A DNA stretch of 64,000 nt from Octopus vulgaris. Lineage: Eukaryota. The stretch covers positions 137,206,001-137,270,000 of the forward strand of contig OX597815.1 of NCBI GenBank assembly GCA_951406725.2, read 5' to 3'. Under the pieces are notes generated by a model. That model searched no databases. It was not told the DNA's origin and worked only from the letters and a program-made list of their open reading frames with translations. The translations under genes were made by a program, and so were the position numbers. Position 1 is the stretch's first letter. Every line of letters begins with the position of its first letter. Positions 26,150-40,940 of this stretch are shown here, one piece after another.

Positions 26150-26869
26150 AAAATAAAAGTAAGTAGAATGATTCACGCAACCAATGGCATGAATATGTTT
26201 TAATAAAGACGAATAACATTATCTTCTACATTAACTCATATGCAAGATAACTTTTTATTTTCTCAAATTATGTCCGCTTCTTTTTTATAAGAAAGACGTA
26301 GTACTGTGTCAATTTCACATGTGAGGAGGAAATTTCGAAAATCAAGAATTCTACACATTCACACGCATCCGCACACACATACACACACACACACACACAC
26401 GCACATATATATATATACACACACGCACGCATTCACTCAAGCTGATACAATGCAACCAATTATAATTCACTTGCGAATATATCTTGCTACCATATAGTAT
26501 ACTTTTCGAGCACACGCACACGCACGAGCACACGCACACACGCACACGCACACGCGCGCACAAACACACGCACACACGCACACATATATATACATATATA
26601 TATACGATCTTTCAATTCCTCACCTTTGTCGATGCGTGAGCTGGAGAAAAAGAGGAGCTACACTAGTACCTAGCCAAAGATCAATGTGAAACGAAAGTCT
26701 TGCTCAAATCAGCCCGTATCAACCGCTTTTCTAGAGGATGCTATGAGGCGGATGACGTAAACGGTATAACATTACTGAAATCTACAGACCATGTGTGTGA
26801 GTGTGTTTGTGTGTGTACGTGTGTACGTGTGTGCGTGTGTGTGTGTCTGTCTGTCAGTCTCTTTGATTG

Positions 26870-26961
<92 letters not shown>

Positions 26962-27104
26962 TAGATAGATAGGCTGTTCTAATCCAAAATAGAGGCGAGT
27001 ACCGACATTTCCAGCTGGTTTGCGTGAATAATTGTGGAAATATCTTCTACATAAAACCATAGAATCATCTGTGTGTGTATGTGTGTGTGCGTGCTTGCGT
27101 GCGT

Positions 27105-27143
<39 letters not shown>

Positions 27144-28049
27144 CTACCCTAAATACATGGTATTAGTCGGACTGTTGACACCGGGAATTGTCAATGTCGC
27201 AATTATAAGTCACTTAAATTCTGGTGATGCGTCTGAACGAAACATAAGCCTATTATAGAAAGTATCTTTTGCACTTTGATTTAAACAGCATATTCGCATT
27301 TTGTATTAGATTGAAATAATAACTTCAACAATTGAATGTTTTGAATCGATTTCTTTTCCATTCAAAGCTATATCCAAATACTCAGCCTAAACTCTAACCA
27401 TAAATGCTAAAGACCTATTCTCTAAAATACTAAAAATATACAATCATAACCACTGACGCTAAGAACAAACATTTTTTCTATTTTTTTTAAACTCATAATC
27501 CCTTATGTATAAAACAAAACTCTGATAATCAATTAATCCCAAAATGAAAATGTGCATCCTCCCAACAAGAGAACGGGAAGATTGAGCTAAAATAAAATTT
27601 TAATTTTTTAAAAAATGGTTCTATTTGTAGAATATCGTAATCTCTGCTGCTATAAACCCAAATAAATCGTTGTATTAGTATAAATACAAATAGAGAAATG
27701 GATGGATGGATGGATGGATGGATGGATGGTCAGAGTCCAAAGTGGCTAGTTCGGGTTTGCATTAAGTTGTGAAATTGCTGAAACAATTGAAAGGAGAGAA
27801 ATGAATAACAGTCAGAGTTTACATCCTGAGTTGCAGCCAGTTTTTCTGGGGGGTTCCAAGATTTCTCTGGAATCTTGAACAGCAGTGAACATTACCACTC
27901 AACTGCCTCGAGTTCCGCTATCAATTTGACACTGTGGTGTGGCTATAGTTGAGAGCAATAGTTCAGACAGCTAAGGACAAAAGTCCTCCATAGGACCAGC
28001 GTTCTGCTTTTTTTCTTCTGGAAATTCTCAGAATATTTCCGGCCATTTA

Positions 28050-29410
28050 CCTGCACATTGCTACCATCCTGGTTATATGAACATTAAACGAAGCATCACC
28101 CTTCATATCAATCCTCAAATCAAGCACTGTGTTCGACTGACTTTGTGAACACTGTTGACGATCTGAAAGCTTGACTTCCAGATTACTGGAAGCTAAACAC
28201 GTCACTCCTGACGTGCAAAGCCTACAGTTCCGGATTAGAGAATTAGTGAAAAGGGCGTTAACAGGAGCCATCATCAATAACAACTTGTGGTGCGCCCTAA
28301 AAATAGGCATTAAATTTCTGTCACGTAGATATAGCACAGTTTTAGAGTTAGAAAAAATAGACTAGAAAGGAACTTAGCACACTAGAAGAGGCACTAAAAT
28401 CTGAAAATGCTTCTAACGTGTTGGCAGCGAGATTGACTCTAGACCAACACACCAATGCCAAGCACGAAGGTTGGATTGTCAGAACTAAGTTACGTGCAAT
28501 GAGACAAGGGAAAATCAGCGCTGCGAGATGGCCCGCGTAGTAGAGACCCAACATGGCAATAATGCCACCATAGGGACTTTGATCGACCAAAATGGATGCA
28601 CGGTTAACGAACCCGACAAAATGTGTAAGATTCTTCACCAGCACTTCGCTCAGCTGTTCGGGACGAGCGGTGGGCCGGATCGCGAGATGGACTTCTCAGA
28701 CTTCCTGGTTGGTTTGCAGGTACTCTCAGCGCAGGAGGCCGATCACAGCTGCGGAAGTAGAAGAGGCCCTATCGGACTGCGTTCGGAGCAAGTCGCAGGG
28801 TCTAGATTGTCTGCCCTACGAGTTCTATTGTAATATGTCAGACTTGTTTGGGAACCTATTGGCAAATATCTACGTCGCCTGGCAACAGAACAGGAGCATC
28901 CCTAGCTCTGTGAGCCGGGGGACCGTGGTGCTGCTAAGTAATGACCCAAACAATGGGGACGTTATAGATAATTTTAGGCCCATCACTTTTCTTAATGCAG
29001 ACCTGAATATGTTGGCCAATGTACTAGGCAAGAGATTGGCGCATGTCGTCGACAAACTGGTTGGGAAGGCACAAACATGTGCAATTCCATCCAGAACAAT
29101 CCACGACAGCCTCCACCTCATACGCTACACTATAGACAAGGTGGGTAATAATACTGGTATTGGAGGGGTGCTGATACATTTAGATGAATATAAAGCATTC
29201 GATAAGGTTGACCATCACTATTGGCGGCAGTACTCGAGGCGGCATGGTTTGGACCGGACTTCCGCGGTTGGATCACCGCCTTATACGGAAACATTAAATC
29301 GGTTGTTCAGATGAACGGTTATGTTTCAGAGCATCGTGTGTTCGATTCACCAAGGATGTCCCCTATCCTCCCTTATGTATGTTCTGACCCTTGAACTATT
29401 ACTGCAGAGT
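28050..29410 (+). pseudogene. Tx1/L1-clade LINE ORF2 (reverse transcriptase) decayed fragment
   Basis: KSQGLDCLPYEFY, NFRPITFLNADLNMLA, AQTCAIPSRTIHD, LDEYKAFDKVDH and IHQGCPLS motifs with frameshifts. Confidence 0.88.
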
Positions 29411-30395
29411 TTGTGTATGCATAAGCTCACTCCTTTCATCAAATCGAAATTACCTGTACAGGTTCAATGGGTGTCACATGTCAGATGACGAAATGCTCGC
29501 AGAGTAACGTGAAATGAAGTGCTTTGCTCAAGAACACAACGCAACGCCCGGTATAGGAATCGAACCCACGATCTGGCAATCGTGAGTGCAACACCTTAAC
29601 CACTGAGCCATATACATATATGTGTATACATGTATGTATGTATGTATGTATGTATGTATGTATGTATGTATGTATGTATTTATGTATGTATGTACATATT
29701 GGTGTGTATACTCATGCTTATAAACCTATATCTATAAACTTTTGCTTGGTTAGCGTTGATGGTGACATCATAGTTTTGGCTTTATCAATTTCGTCACACC
29801 ATCGTTTATATATAGAAGTTGATAAATATGTACTCCAGAAAAAAGTATTGAATGTTAATTTGTTAACGTCTATAACTTAAGATAAAAATAAAACATTAAT
29901 ATAAAAGCTCCATTCCATCGTGAGTGCTTTCCAAATATTAATTGAAAACAAACAAAAAGTGTGACACACACATACGCACGCAGACACACAGATATATATA
30001 TATATATATATATATTGTGTGTGTGTGTGTATGTATATATATTGATGGATGAATAGATTTACATATTAGATATATAAGTAGATGCATAAATACGTATGTA
30101 TATATGACACGTCAAAATCCGGTGATCTGGCAATCTCGGCACTCTTAGGAGACAATAGTCGTCTTCCAGCGACATATATGAGCCCTTTTATACACCATGC
30201 GTCCACATTACAGATCTTCTCAACGTAAATAACGTATTCGGCGCACTAACAATGCATTTAGATTAAAGGAATAAAAGAGAGCGTGTGTGTGTGTGAATGT
30301 GTGTGTAAGCATATGTATGTGTATGCATCCGTGTATTATTTATGTTTCTAAACATTTTGTTCATGTGCATCTCTTTCTCGTTCTCACTCTCTCTC

Positions 30396-30450
<55 letters not shown>

Positions 30451-30474
30451 ATATGCGTGCGTGTGTGCGTGTGT

Positions 30475-30749
30475 TGATAGAAATGGTAAGACAACAAAAG
30501 AATGAAAGAGTTCTCGATATTATGCAAATAGAGGAATTTATCTGTAAATATAATATGTGACACTAATTCGGTAGCCATGCTAAAATTCCCAGTTTCGGAT
30601 GTCGGGGCGAAAACCTAAGCCGCCATCTCTTCAGTTATCGGGCCATTTTTTTCGATGGCCCGATAGCTGAAGAGATGGCGGCATGAGCTTCCGCCCCGAC
30701 ATCCGAAACTCGGAATGTTTGCATGGCTACCGAATAATATTTTATTTAC

Positions 30750-30754
<5 letters not shown>
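30475..30754. mobile_element. Fold-back HHR element (family F), both arms with hammerheads
   Basis: Arms ~30539-30646 and ~30655-30754; GAUAR-CUGAAGA-GAUG...CAUC-C-GAAAC at 30579-30639(-) and 30662-30722(+). Confidence 0.8.
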
Positions 30755-30825
<71 letters not shown>

Positions 30826-31126
30826 ATGTATATATATAATTCTTTTATTTGTTTTAGTCATTTGACAACGGCCCTGCTGTAGCGCCACCTTAAAGAGTTT
30901 TAATAGAAGAAATCCGAAGTCAAGACTTACTCGTTGTAAGCCTAGTACTTATTCTATCGTTGTCTCTTGCTGAATCGATAGGTGGCGGGACATAAACACA
31001 CTAGCATCGGTTGTTAAGCGATGGCGGGGGCAAAAACAGGTACATAGAAACACACGCACACACGCACAAAAACACACACACACGCTCTTACACGCACACA
31101 CGTACATATATATGTATATGTGTATA

Positions 31127-31181
<55 letters not shown>

Positions 31182-31346
31182 GACGGACTTCTTTCAGTTT
31201 CCGTCACAAGTGTTTGGTCGGCTTTGAGTCTATGGTAGAAGATATTTGGCCATGGAGCCATGCAGTGAGAATGAATCCGTAACGATGTTGTTGGGAAGCA
31301 AAGTCTTACAACGCAGCCATATTTATGTATGTAGTTATGTATATAT

Positions 31347-31391
<45 letters not shown>

Positions 31392-31749
31392 CGTTAAGGT
31401 GAAGGCTAGACGCTATTGACTTCGAATATTTTAGCACACGACTTTTTGCAAAATTATAAAAAAATCTATCTCAGATGCAGCACAGAATTTTGTCAGTGAA
31501 CAGGTCGCGGTCTCAAAGCGACGAAAATGTTGAAGTGAATCTAACGGTTTTTGTGCGTTTCTTGAATGTTTTTGTTTCTGCACACGACCTCAGATCAGGT
31601 CACTTGGTATATAATAAATCTGTATACAATCAAAACACGTACTGTGCATTTCTTCAGTTTAACGTTGATATAAAACCAAACATTAATATATATATATATA
31701 TGTTTTTATATATTTATATATATTCTGTTGAATTTTGTGAGTGGATATA

Positions 31750-31806
<57 letters not shown>

Positions 31807-31837
31807 GTATATATATATATATATGTATATGTATATA

Positions 31838-32342
31838 TCTATATATATAAAACGCTAGTTGTGTGAGTGTCTGTCCCCTTCGATTTAGATTCCTAACTCC
31901 TCCCACATTTTGCGGTGCAGTTTAACCAAATTCAGGTATCTTATAGTCGTGATTCATATCGAGCCCGTCTGACTATTAGCGCGCGTCAACGATGAGTCTA
32001 CGATTTTAAAAATAATTTAACATCATTTTTTATTCCATTTTAATGCATAAAATGCATCGTATGTCGATGGCGGCGGAGTTGGCGTCCACGCTCACAGCTG
32101 CACCTGTTTGCTTCTCCCCCTTCCCTCCCTCGTGAAGCTGTGGGGAAGGGAGTGTAAAGAAATCAATGTCGTAATGCGTTGTGAAGGAAACCAGCGTTCT
32201 TTTAGAACAACGACTTCATGGCTTGAAGACACCAAAACAAAAATGGCTAAGAAAGCCCGAATTTATAAGGGAAGTAACTCTCTAAAAATGCTTATATAGT
32301 TATTTCCCTTACAAACCCGAGCAACGCCGGGCGATACTGCTA

Positions 32343-32344
<2 letters not shown>
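31838..32344 (+). mobile_element. Non-autonomous Helitron
   Basis: TCTATATATATAAAA start; cccgagcaacgccggg hairpin and CTAG-T end shared with 13353-13736. Confidence 0.75.
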
Positions 32345-32384
<40 letters not shown>

Positions 32385-32437
32385 GTGTGTGCGTATACAC
32401 ATATATACATACACACACATATATATATATATATGTC

Positions 32438-32486
<49 letters not shown>

Positions 32487-32710
32487 TTGTACGGGGTATA
32501 CAGCACAAAACGGTTTTATTTTCATAACTGAATGTTCACCTGTATGAAAACCTGAAGAGAATAGCATATATTGTTTATGATAGCATGTAAGACGTACATT
32601 AATTTTAAACATGTCCCAAAATTTCACGAAATTTTTTCACTACTCGCTACATAAATGGGATGCGTATAGTATGTCTGTGCGTCTTTTATGCCTTCAATTA
32701 TGGTGTGTAG

Positions 32711-32760
<50 letters not shown>

Positions 32761-32822
32761 CATTATTGGTGAATTGAAGAAATGGAGCTGAACGCAGATT
32801 GAACAGAAATCGTTTTATTTCA

Positions 32823-32902
32823 TTCTACACGTGTTTCGAAAGGCACAAATTACCAAAATCCGATGGAATAATGGGACCATATTGTGTCTTTCTCTTCAGG
32901 AA
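32823..32902 (-). ncRNA. Type I hammerhead with 11-bp helix II, in (TA)n-flanked element 32760-33033
   Basis: UUC-CUGAAGA-GAAAGACACAA...UUGUGCCUUUC-GAAA-CACGUG-UA-GAA; palindromic helix III. Confidence 0.85.
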
Positions 32903-33406
32903 GAAAATAGGAAATCCGTTGGAAAAACAAAAACAGAACAGAGGCGGAGCAAAAACAAATCGAACTATGCTCCTAAGAGCCCATGGCGAAACTGTTTATC
33001 AGTGTATGTTGAGAACCGGTGGCTGAAGAATTCATATATATATATATATACTTGTGCGTGTATATATATATGTGTATATATGTATATATATACATATATA
33101 TACACACAAACACATAGACATATGTATTTATATGGTATATGTTTAACGCGCACATATGTAAATAGGTACATAGATATGAACATATAAGTGGGGGGGTTTC
33201 GTTTGTGCATGTATATATCTGTATGCACATAAATATAAACACACACACACACACACATATATATACGCACATGTATATATACACACATGCACACACATAT
33301 ATATATATATATAGATATAGATAGATAGATAGATAGACATATACATATATACATATATATATATACATATATATATGGTATGTACATATTTAAATGTGTA
33401 TATATG

Positions 33407-33460
<54 letters not shown>

Positions 33461-33551
33461 CACACACTTTCTCTCTCAAAACACATATGCACACACATTC
33501 ATATATATATTTGTATATAAAAAAAATATACATATATATATTTATTATTTA

Positions 33552-33597
<46 letters not shown>

Positions 33598-33600
<3 letters not shown>

Positions 33601-33912
33601 GATACAATAGAAAAGGTTCAAATCAGGCAGACTACGATTACTACATGCATATTCGGGTTTAACTAAGATAAAATAAGAATTGTCCAATTAGAAGCATATA
33701 TTGATGAATTAGAAATAGAAAAATATATGAATACTAAAAGTATAAATGAAAATATAGATATACAGATATATAAGCATGATAATAAGAGAATATAGACAAA
33801 AATAATAATGCAATATAGGAAAAAGGCGTTTCTAAAAAATTCAAAATATATCCCAATTATGTATGTTTTAATCGTAGTCTGATGATTTGAACCTTTTCTT
33901 GTGTATCTGTTT
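33598..33912. repeat. Imperfect inverted repeat (~60-bp arms) in (TA)n
   Basis: agatacaatagaaaaggttcaaatcaggcagactacgatta against taatcgtagtctgatgatttgaaccttttcttgtgtatct. Confidence 0.75.
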
Positions 33913-33997
33913 TACTTGTCTAGGACCTCGGGTTCGACTTCAGCACTTCCACGCTATGTTTTTCGAAAGAAAATTACAATTATATATATATACATAA

Positions 33998-34087
<90 letters not shown>

Positions 34088-35883
34088 TTATATGTGTGTG
34101 TTTGTGTGCATGCATTGATATAAGCATATATGAATGTATGTATGTATATACTGACCTACCTGCGCAAGATGTTACTTCTCCAATTATCGAAAGCATTCGC
34201 TGTGAAACCTGGTAGCAAATTAAGATGCCTTTTATTTGCTAGTGCAGATTGCAGAGCCTCGGCACTTATCATAAAATTTTGGGAGAGGGGATGGCTAATT
34301 AAGGAAAAAAAAAGGCGGAATTAGATTTGGTTAAAATATGACAAGTTATACATAGAGAGAATGGGATGGTGTACTGCGAGTGAAAGTGCGGTCGAATGTC
34401 TTTAGCTATGCTTGTGTTGCTCGTATGTTTTTGTTTCTGGGTGTGTATGAGGATTTGTGTGTCTGAGTATGTTTGGGTTAGTGCGGTCATTGCACTTTCG
34501 TGCATGAAGTTTTACTGATGTTTTAGTAATATACAAGAGCAGATAATTGCGATTCATAAGAAATTGTTTGTACATTTAAGTCGGACCGGTTGGCTACCCT
34601 GCTGCTTAACTGCTTGGCTTAAATCTCTAGTGTAATATCTGGGATAAGTAATCCTACATCAGAACACACATAGTGCCTCTGTTTGTTAACGAAAGTAGGG
34701 TAGACCAGATAAATTGGAAACTTATGTAAATAGAAAATGTATCTTTTCTCTGTTCGACTCCTAGCGAGGTCAAATTTACCTTTTATTCTTCCCTGTAACG
34801 GCATTGTATTGTGTTCGAATACAACAGAATTTGTGGAATTTTTTTTATCATATTACGACAAACGAAAACTATTGAGTTGTCTACAAGATAGAAAGTTTTG
34901 CATGGCTTAGTATTATTCTGCAGACATGGAGCTTTCCTTTTAACATTTATCCGTACAAAATCAACAAAGTAGCAAGCGTGCTGTAATAGACTTAATCGAT
35001 GTTTGGTAGACTCTGTGTTATAAACCATAATTATTTGCCTAAAAATGGTTTCTGCCCTGTCTAATATTTGGAAAATGATCAGGACTTCACAATGCCAAGT
35101 GAGACTTCTCAAATATTTATATTTAATCATAATATTGGATTCTTACATAGGTACAAAGCATCAAGTCTAGGGAAAAGGCACAGTCAATTTTATCGATACC
35201 TGGACTTAGACAGTACTTTATAAACTATTTACGTTTTGTCATAATATAGAATTCTTCTATAGACATAAGGCAACAAATTTCGGAGAGGGCTACAGCCGAT
35301 TTTATCGACACCAGGACTTGATTAGTACTTTATTTCATTGACTCGACAGAATTTAACCACAGAAGGTAAATGACAGCAGTGAAATGCCACATGTATCTTA
35401 AAGATTCCCCTACTTTACAAACCTCATTTAATCATAATACTAACTCTGATTCAAGAACAAGACCAGTATTTGACTGCCACTTTATTTTATCAAACCCGGA
35501 GAGATGAAAAGCATAGTTAACCTTGGCGTTATTTGAACTGAAAGCGAAAAGGGCCGTTAATACACCTTAAAGATTTTGCAAATCCCCACCCATTCTTTAA
35601 TCATAATATTTTGATTCAACTTTATAAGATACACATTTAATATCATTTGCTTATTTTATTGATATTTGTATTTATGAAAAATATATAACACACCATGTCT
35701 TCTATGCAATATAAATGTCCATTGCGCAAGACTCGCTTTCACAGTTTCCCTTTTTAAATTTTTTTGTTCAAAGCCGCTCCTACTCTCACACACACAAACG
35801 CATGCATACACATACATACACACTTCATATGTATATGCGTGCATGTATGCTTGTATATATGTATCTGTGTATGTGCTTACGTA

Positions 35884-36014
35884 CTGCTTCCCAGCCTCAT
35901 GATTCCGGGTTCAGTCCCACTGCGTGGAACCTTCGCCAAGTGTCTTCTCTATAGCCAGGGGCGACCAAAAATAGTGAATGGATATGGTAGACGGAAACTG
36001 AAAGAAGTCCGTCG

Positions 36015-36072
<58 letters not shown>

Positions 36073-36292
36073 TGTCTACGTCTGTGCCCCACACCAGCAC
36101 CACTATCGCTTGATAACCGATGCTGGTATGTTTACGTCCCAGTAACTTAGCGATTCGGCAAAAAAGACCGAAAGAATAATTACTAAGCTTACAAAGAGTA
36201 AGTCCTGAGGTCGATTTATTCGACTAAAACGTTTTAAGGCGGTGCTCCAGCATAGCCACAGTTAAATGATTGAAACAAGTAAAAGAATAAAA
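35884..36292 (+). mobile_element. OR/OK-like SINE
   Basis: Near-complete copy of the family described at 4395. Confidence 0.75.
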
Positions 36293-37997
36293 TATGAAAT
36301 GTAACTACATGCGGATTGTTGGCGATTTTTTCCTCCGTCTTCCTTTTCTCTTGAACTTTCCTGTCTCCTGTTTCTCAAGAAGAGCTTTGCTGGAAACGTA
36401 AAACGCCCTTTCTTTCCTTCATTTAGCGTCTTTTAATACTTTACATGTACCACTTCCTCGTGTTGTTTTTTCTGGTGTCTTTTCATCGTTTTTTTTTGGG
36501 GGGGGGGATTAATTATACACATACAAACACACATACACACACACATATATACTGGAGAAAGAGAGGGAAATCTATAGTCACTACATATAAGGGTTTAGGT
36601 TTGGCGAAGCTCTGACGTGCAGTGATAATAAATAGCTGTAAACTATATTTCTGCGTGAGATAGGATTAATTCGATATATGATTTCTGATCTAATTTCAAT
36701 TATAATCAAAATCGGTACGTTCAATCCGCGTGTTCCTGTTCACGGGTATATTGAAAGGACATTTGCTTGCATTTGTCTACGTACATTACAGCGACAACTA
36801 AAATCTGAAAAGTTTATAAGGTTTGCTTTTCATTTGAATTATCTAACATATGCTATTTAGTACATCATTAGTTAATTCATTTATTAACTAAATTGCAAAG
36901 AAACCGATATTATTCAACCCGAACTAATCTATTCAGTAGCGTCCGAACCTCTATTAACTATTAATTATTTAATAAGCCTGCTAGCTATTTGCGACATCGG
37001 TGTCTTAAACATGCTGATATTCTATGTATCTTAGCAGCGAGCTTTGACTGGCATGCTGTGATCGGACCCCCTCCCACTGATGATTTCCGATAGAATGAAA
37101 TCAAGGGATATGGGAGTTCCAGTATCCACGACAGACGATTCTCGTCTGCTGCAATCTGTGTGTGTTTTAATAAATCAAACGCCTGCATGGAAGAATCTCT
37201 CAAGGCTAGTAACGCAGTATTTGGTGTTCTAAAACGACATATATGTTAAGTTGGATATAATGTTTATTTATTAATTATATGTAGCTACATTTCTCCTCCA
37301 TGAACAGATTAAGTGGATACATGATCTCTGATAATGTTCCCACTAGAATAGGAACCAATAAGGGCAATCCTCCTTTTCTATTTAACAAAAGGATACAAAG
37401 GCCTCAAAGCCTAACAGCCATTTCATTGTATTTATCCACTTCTATTCGATTCACATCAAAGTGGTTTAAAAAGAAAAGATGTATGGTTCATCATACAATG
37501 TACCTGCTTTTGCACATCAGCTCATCTGAATATTGTCGCACTTTCTCCGGTGGTTACGAAACGGAAAGTCATGGTAGATCAGGCTAACATTACATATATT
37601 ATCGATGATGTAAAATATACCGAGGAAGAGTTTTGCATACTATACACAATCATCGTAGGAGCCCACTTGCGCAATACAGTGAATCAGAAAACTTCGATTA
37701 ACTGAGATAATCAAAAAGAGTCAGTAAACATAAATTCTTTCTTTGTCTTTAAATGAAAAGACAAATAAGGGATTTAACCGCAGTATCATCAAGAAATGGG
37801 AAATTTTCGGAAATTTAAACAATGCAGAGAAGGGTGAGTCAGTCATGTCGTTGAAGTCCACAGCTGATGTCAAATTAGGTTTCCGTCTTGTTAGTCGTCA
37901 TTTGAGAAGCAAATTTTACTGTCAGTCATATGGCATATAAAGAACGATATTCGACATATAAAAAAGTGTATGTGTTTATGCATACACACACACACAC

Positions 37998-38042
<45 letters not shown>

Positions 38043-38427
38043 TGCAGGAGTGGCTGTGTGGTAAGTAAGTAGGTACATAGATTATAATATGTGTGTGTAT
38101 ATCTGTACGTATTTGTCTACAAATTTATATATATAGGTGCTGGAGTGGCTGTGTGGTAAGTAGCTTGCTTACTAACCACATGGTTCCGGGTTCACTCCCA
38201 CTGCGTGGAATGTACAACTATCTTGTACTATAGCCTCGGGCCGACTAAACTCTTGTTAGTGGATTTGGTAGAGAGAAACTGAAAGAAGCCTGTCGTATAT
38301 ATGTGTGATGTTGGTGCATTTACGTCCCCGTAATTTAATGGTTCGGCAAAAGTGTCTGGTACAATAAGTATTAGGCTAAAGGTGGTGCTCCAGCATAGCC
38401 GCAGTGAAACGACTGAAACAAATACAG

Positions 38428-38481
<54 letters not shown>

Positions 38482-38670
38482 CTGTGTGTGTGTGTGTGTA
38501 TGTATTTATGTATATATACAAATATACATGCGTACAGACAAATATATATGTACATGTATATGTGTGCATGTATATCGTATACTTTGCTATTATTCAATCC
38601 TTAACTTGATAGCCATATGACAACAAGTCAACCGACACTAAAAATCTGTAGTGAGACATCTTTATTGATA

Positions 38671-38712
38671 TACCTGATGAGATTCAGACTGAGGGTCGAA
38701 ACATATGTTGTA
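38671..38712 (+). ncRNA. Minimal type I hammerhead
   Basis: UAC-CUGAUGA-GAUUC-AGACUGA-GGGUC-GAAA-CAUAUG-UU-GUA. Confidence 0.75.
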
Positions 38713-38756
38713 CCCAATAAAGTATTAACACCGAATCCATCATTAGTTAATTAATA

Positions 38757-38816
<60 letters not shown>

Positions 38817-39092
38817 TAAATTAGAGATAAAACCACTATTAGGCAAATCAAACATTGAAAAACATAGACCAAAACATAAAAATAAATATAATTAATATAA
38901 TATACAAAATATATAAAATATATAATTTAAAATTAAATTATTTAAATTTAAAATTTTTAATTTGTATTTATAAATTTTTATTATTTTTTTATATTTTTTA
39001 AATCTTAAATTTATAAATTTTTAAACATTTAATTTTTTAATATTATAATTTTTTTATATATAAGTTTAATATAATATAAGTATAATAAGTAA

Positions 39093-39137
<45 letters not shown>

Positions 39138-39307
39138 TGGAGAAAGTGTACAAAATATAGAAATGTATAATGAGTAAATGGATAATGAGTAAAGCACCGG
39201 CACAGTTTCGATTAGCTTTTGGTATCCATAGATTTACTGCAAGAACTTCTTAGTGGCGGTAACAGTATTATTAAGCTAGGAGATGGAAAGAGTAATAGAC
39301 TTTATTG

Positions 39308-39349
39308 GGTAAAACACATCTTTCGACCCGTTCTGGGTCTCATCAGGGA
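39308..39349 (-). ncRNA. Minimal hammerhead, same family as 38671, partly decayed
   Basis: CUGAUGA-GACCC-AGAAC-GGGUC-GAAA-GAUGUG-UU; flanks 39298-39380 are homologous to 38640-38725 in inverted orientation. Confidence 0.65.
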
Positions 39350-39631
39350 CATCAATAAAAAGTCTCACTAAAGATTTCTGGAGTCGGCTTACGTCTCTAT
39401 ATGTCCAGAGAACGATTAAAATCAGAGGAAAAAAATTATTGAAACGCAAAAAAACATTTAAATATGATCGTGGAAAGTATTTATTCTAGTTTAGAGAAAA
39501 TAACGTAATCATCTTTTGCCGTTACAAATGTTAAGAGCAAGAAATAGAAGTAGAAGTTGAAAGGAAGATAATACTCAGACGAAATACATTTTTTCTTGTG
39601 TGTTCGTGTTTGGACGCATATATGCATACAC

Positions 39632-39714
<83 letters not shown>

Positions 39715-39949
39715 CGCGCTCACACATGCACATCCAAGTATATGGGCATATACATGCAACTAGATACAGGCGTATACGCACACGTATGGATGAAAATATT
39801 CGTGTATGTATATAGGAACTCGTATACGCAAGTACACACCTGTACATACTATAAAGCAATGTACATTAATCTATTGTATGTACGTATATCTATGTATATA
39901 TATACATAAATATACGTGCATACCATAGATAAATATGTACCTAGATTTG

Positions 39950-40940
39950 TACGTAAAGCAAGATATACACGTCCGAAATGTTTGGTGTATCAAAAAGTAC
40001 TGTCTCGAAAGTAATAACAGTCTTTGAGAAAGAAGGAGAAACCTCGTCGAAACAAAACTCCGGAAGAAAATCAAAACTTTCAGATAGGGAACGTCAGACT
40101 CTTATGTGAATTGTTAGAAAGTATCATAAAAGTACAGCTCCCAAAATTACTGCAGAGCTTAATGACCACCTCGAGATCCCAGTTTCCACAAAACGGTTCT
40201 TCGGGAGCTACACAAAGCCGGATTTCACGAGAGGGCAACAATCGAAAACCACTACTTTCAAAACTAAACGTTGCAAAGCATTTAGTGTGGAGTAAAAACC
40301 TACAGAATTGGTGCCTAGAGCAGTGGAAGATGGTTATTTTCTCGGACGAGTTATCCTTTACCCTATTTCCGACCACCGGCTGAGTATACGTGTGGAGACA
40401 GCCAGAAGAAATATCTCACCCAGACTGCCTTCTTCCAGCTGTTAAACATGGAGGAGGATCTGTGATTATTTGGGACTGGGATGGAGGCTATATCTCGGAA
40501 ATCCGCCAGCCCACTGGTTTCTTTTCATGACAGAATTAATAATCAAGACTATTTAAGATTTTTATCTGATCAAATTTATCCTATGATTGCAGAACTGTTT
40601 CCGGGGGGAAACGCAATCTTTTAGGAAGACAATGCACTAATTCACACAGCTAAAGTTGTTACTGAATGGCACGAGGAACATGCTAGGGAAGCTGAACATC
40701 TTATCTGGCCACCACAATCCCCAGATCTCAATATTATTGAACATTTATGATGCATTTTAGAAAAAACAAGTAACAAGTCGATATCCTCCACCATTATCAC
40801 TACAAGAACTGGTGACTGTTTAGCTGAAGAATGGACAAAAATTCTTTTGGAAACAATTCAAACTTTGTACAAGTCCATACCTCGTAGAATTTAAGCTGTA
40901 ATGACTGCTCAAGTCAGTCCTATCCCATATCAAAATAAAT
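39950..40940 (+). pseudogene. Tc1-like (DD34E) transposase pseudogene
   Basis: SGRKSKLSDRE, WKMVIFSDE, VKHGGGSVIIW, F*EDNALIH and WPPQSPDLNIIEHL motifs. Confidence 0.9.

Noticed and set aside
33870-33970. CTGATGA possible hammerhead
   Set aside because: No correctly placed GAAA/helix III, and the other arm disrupts the motif
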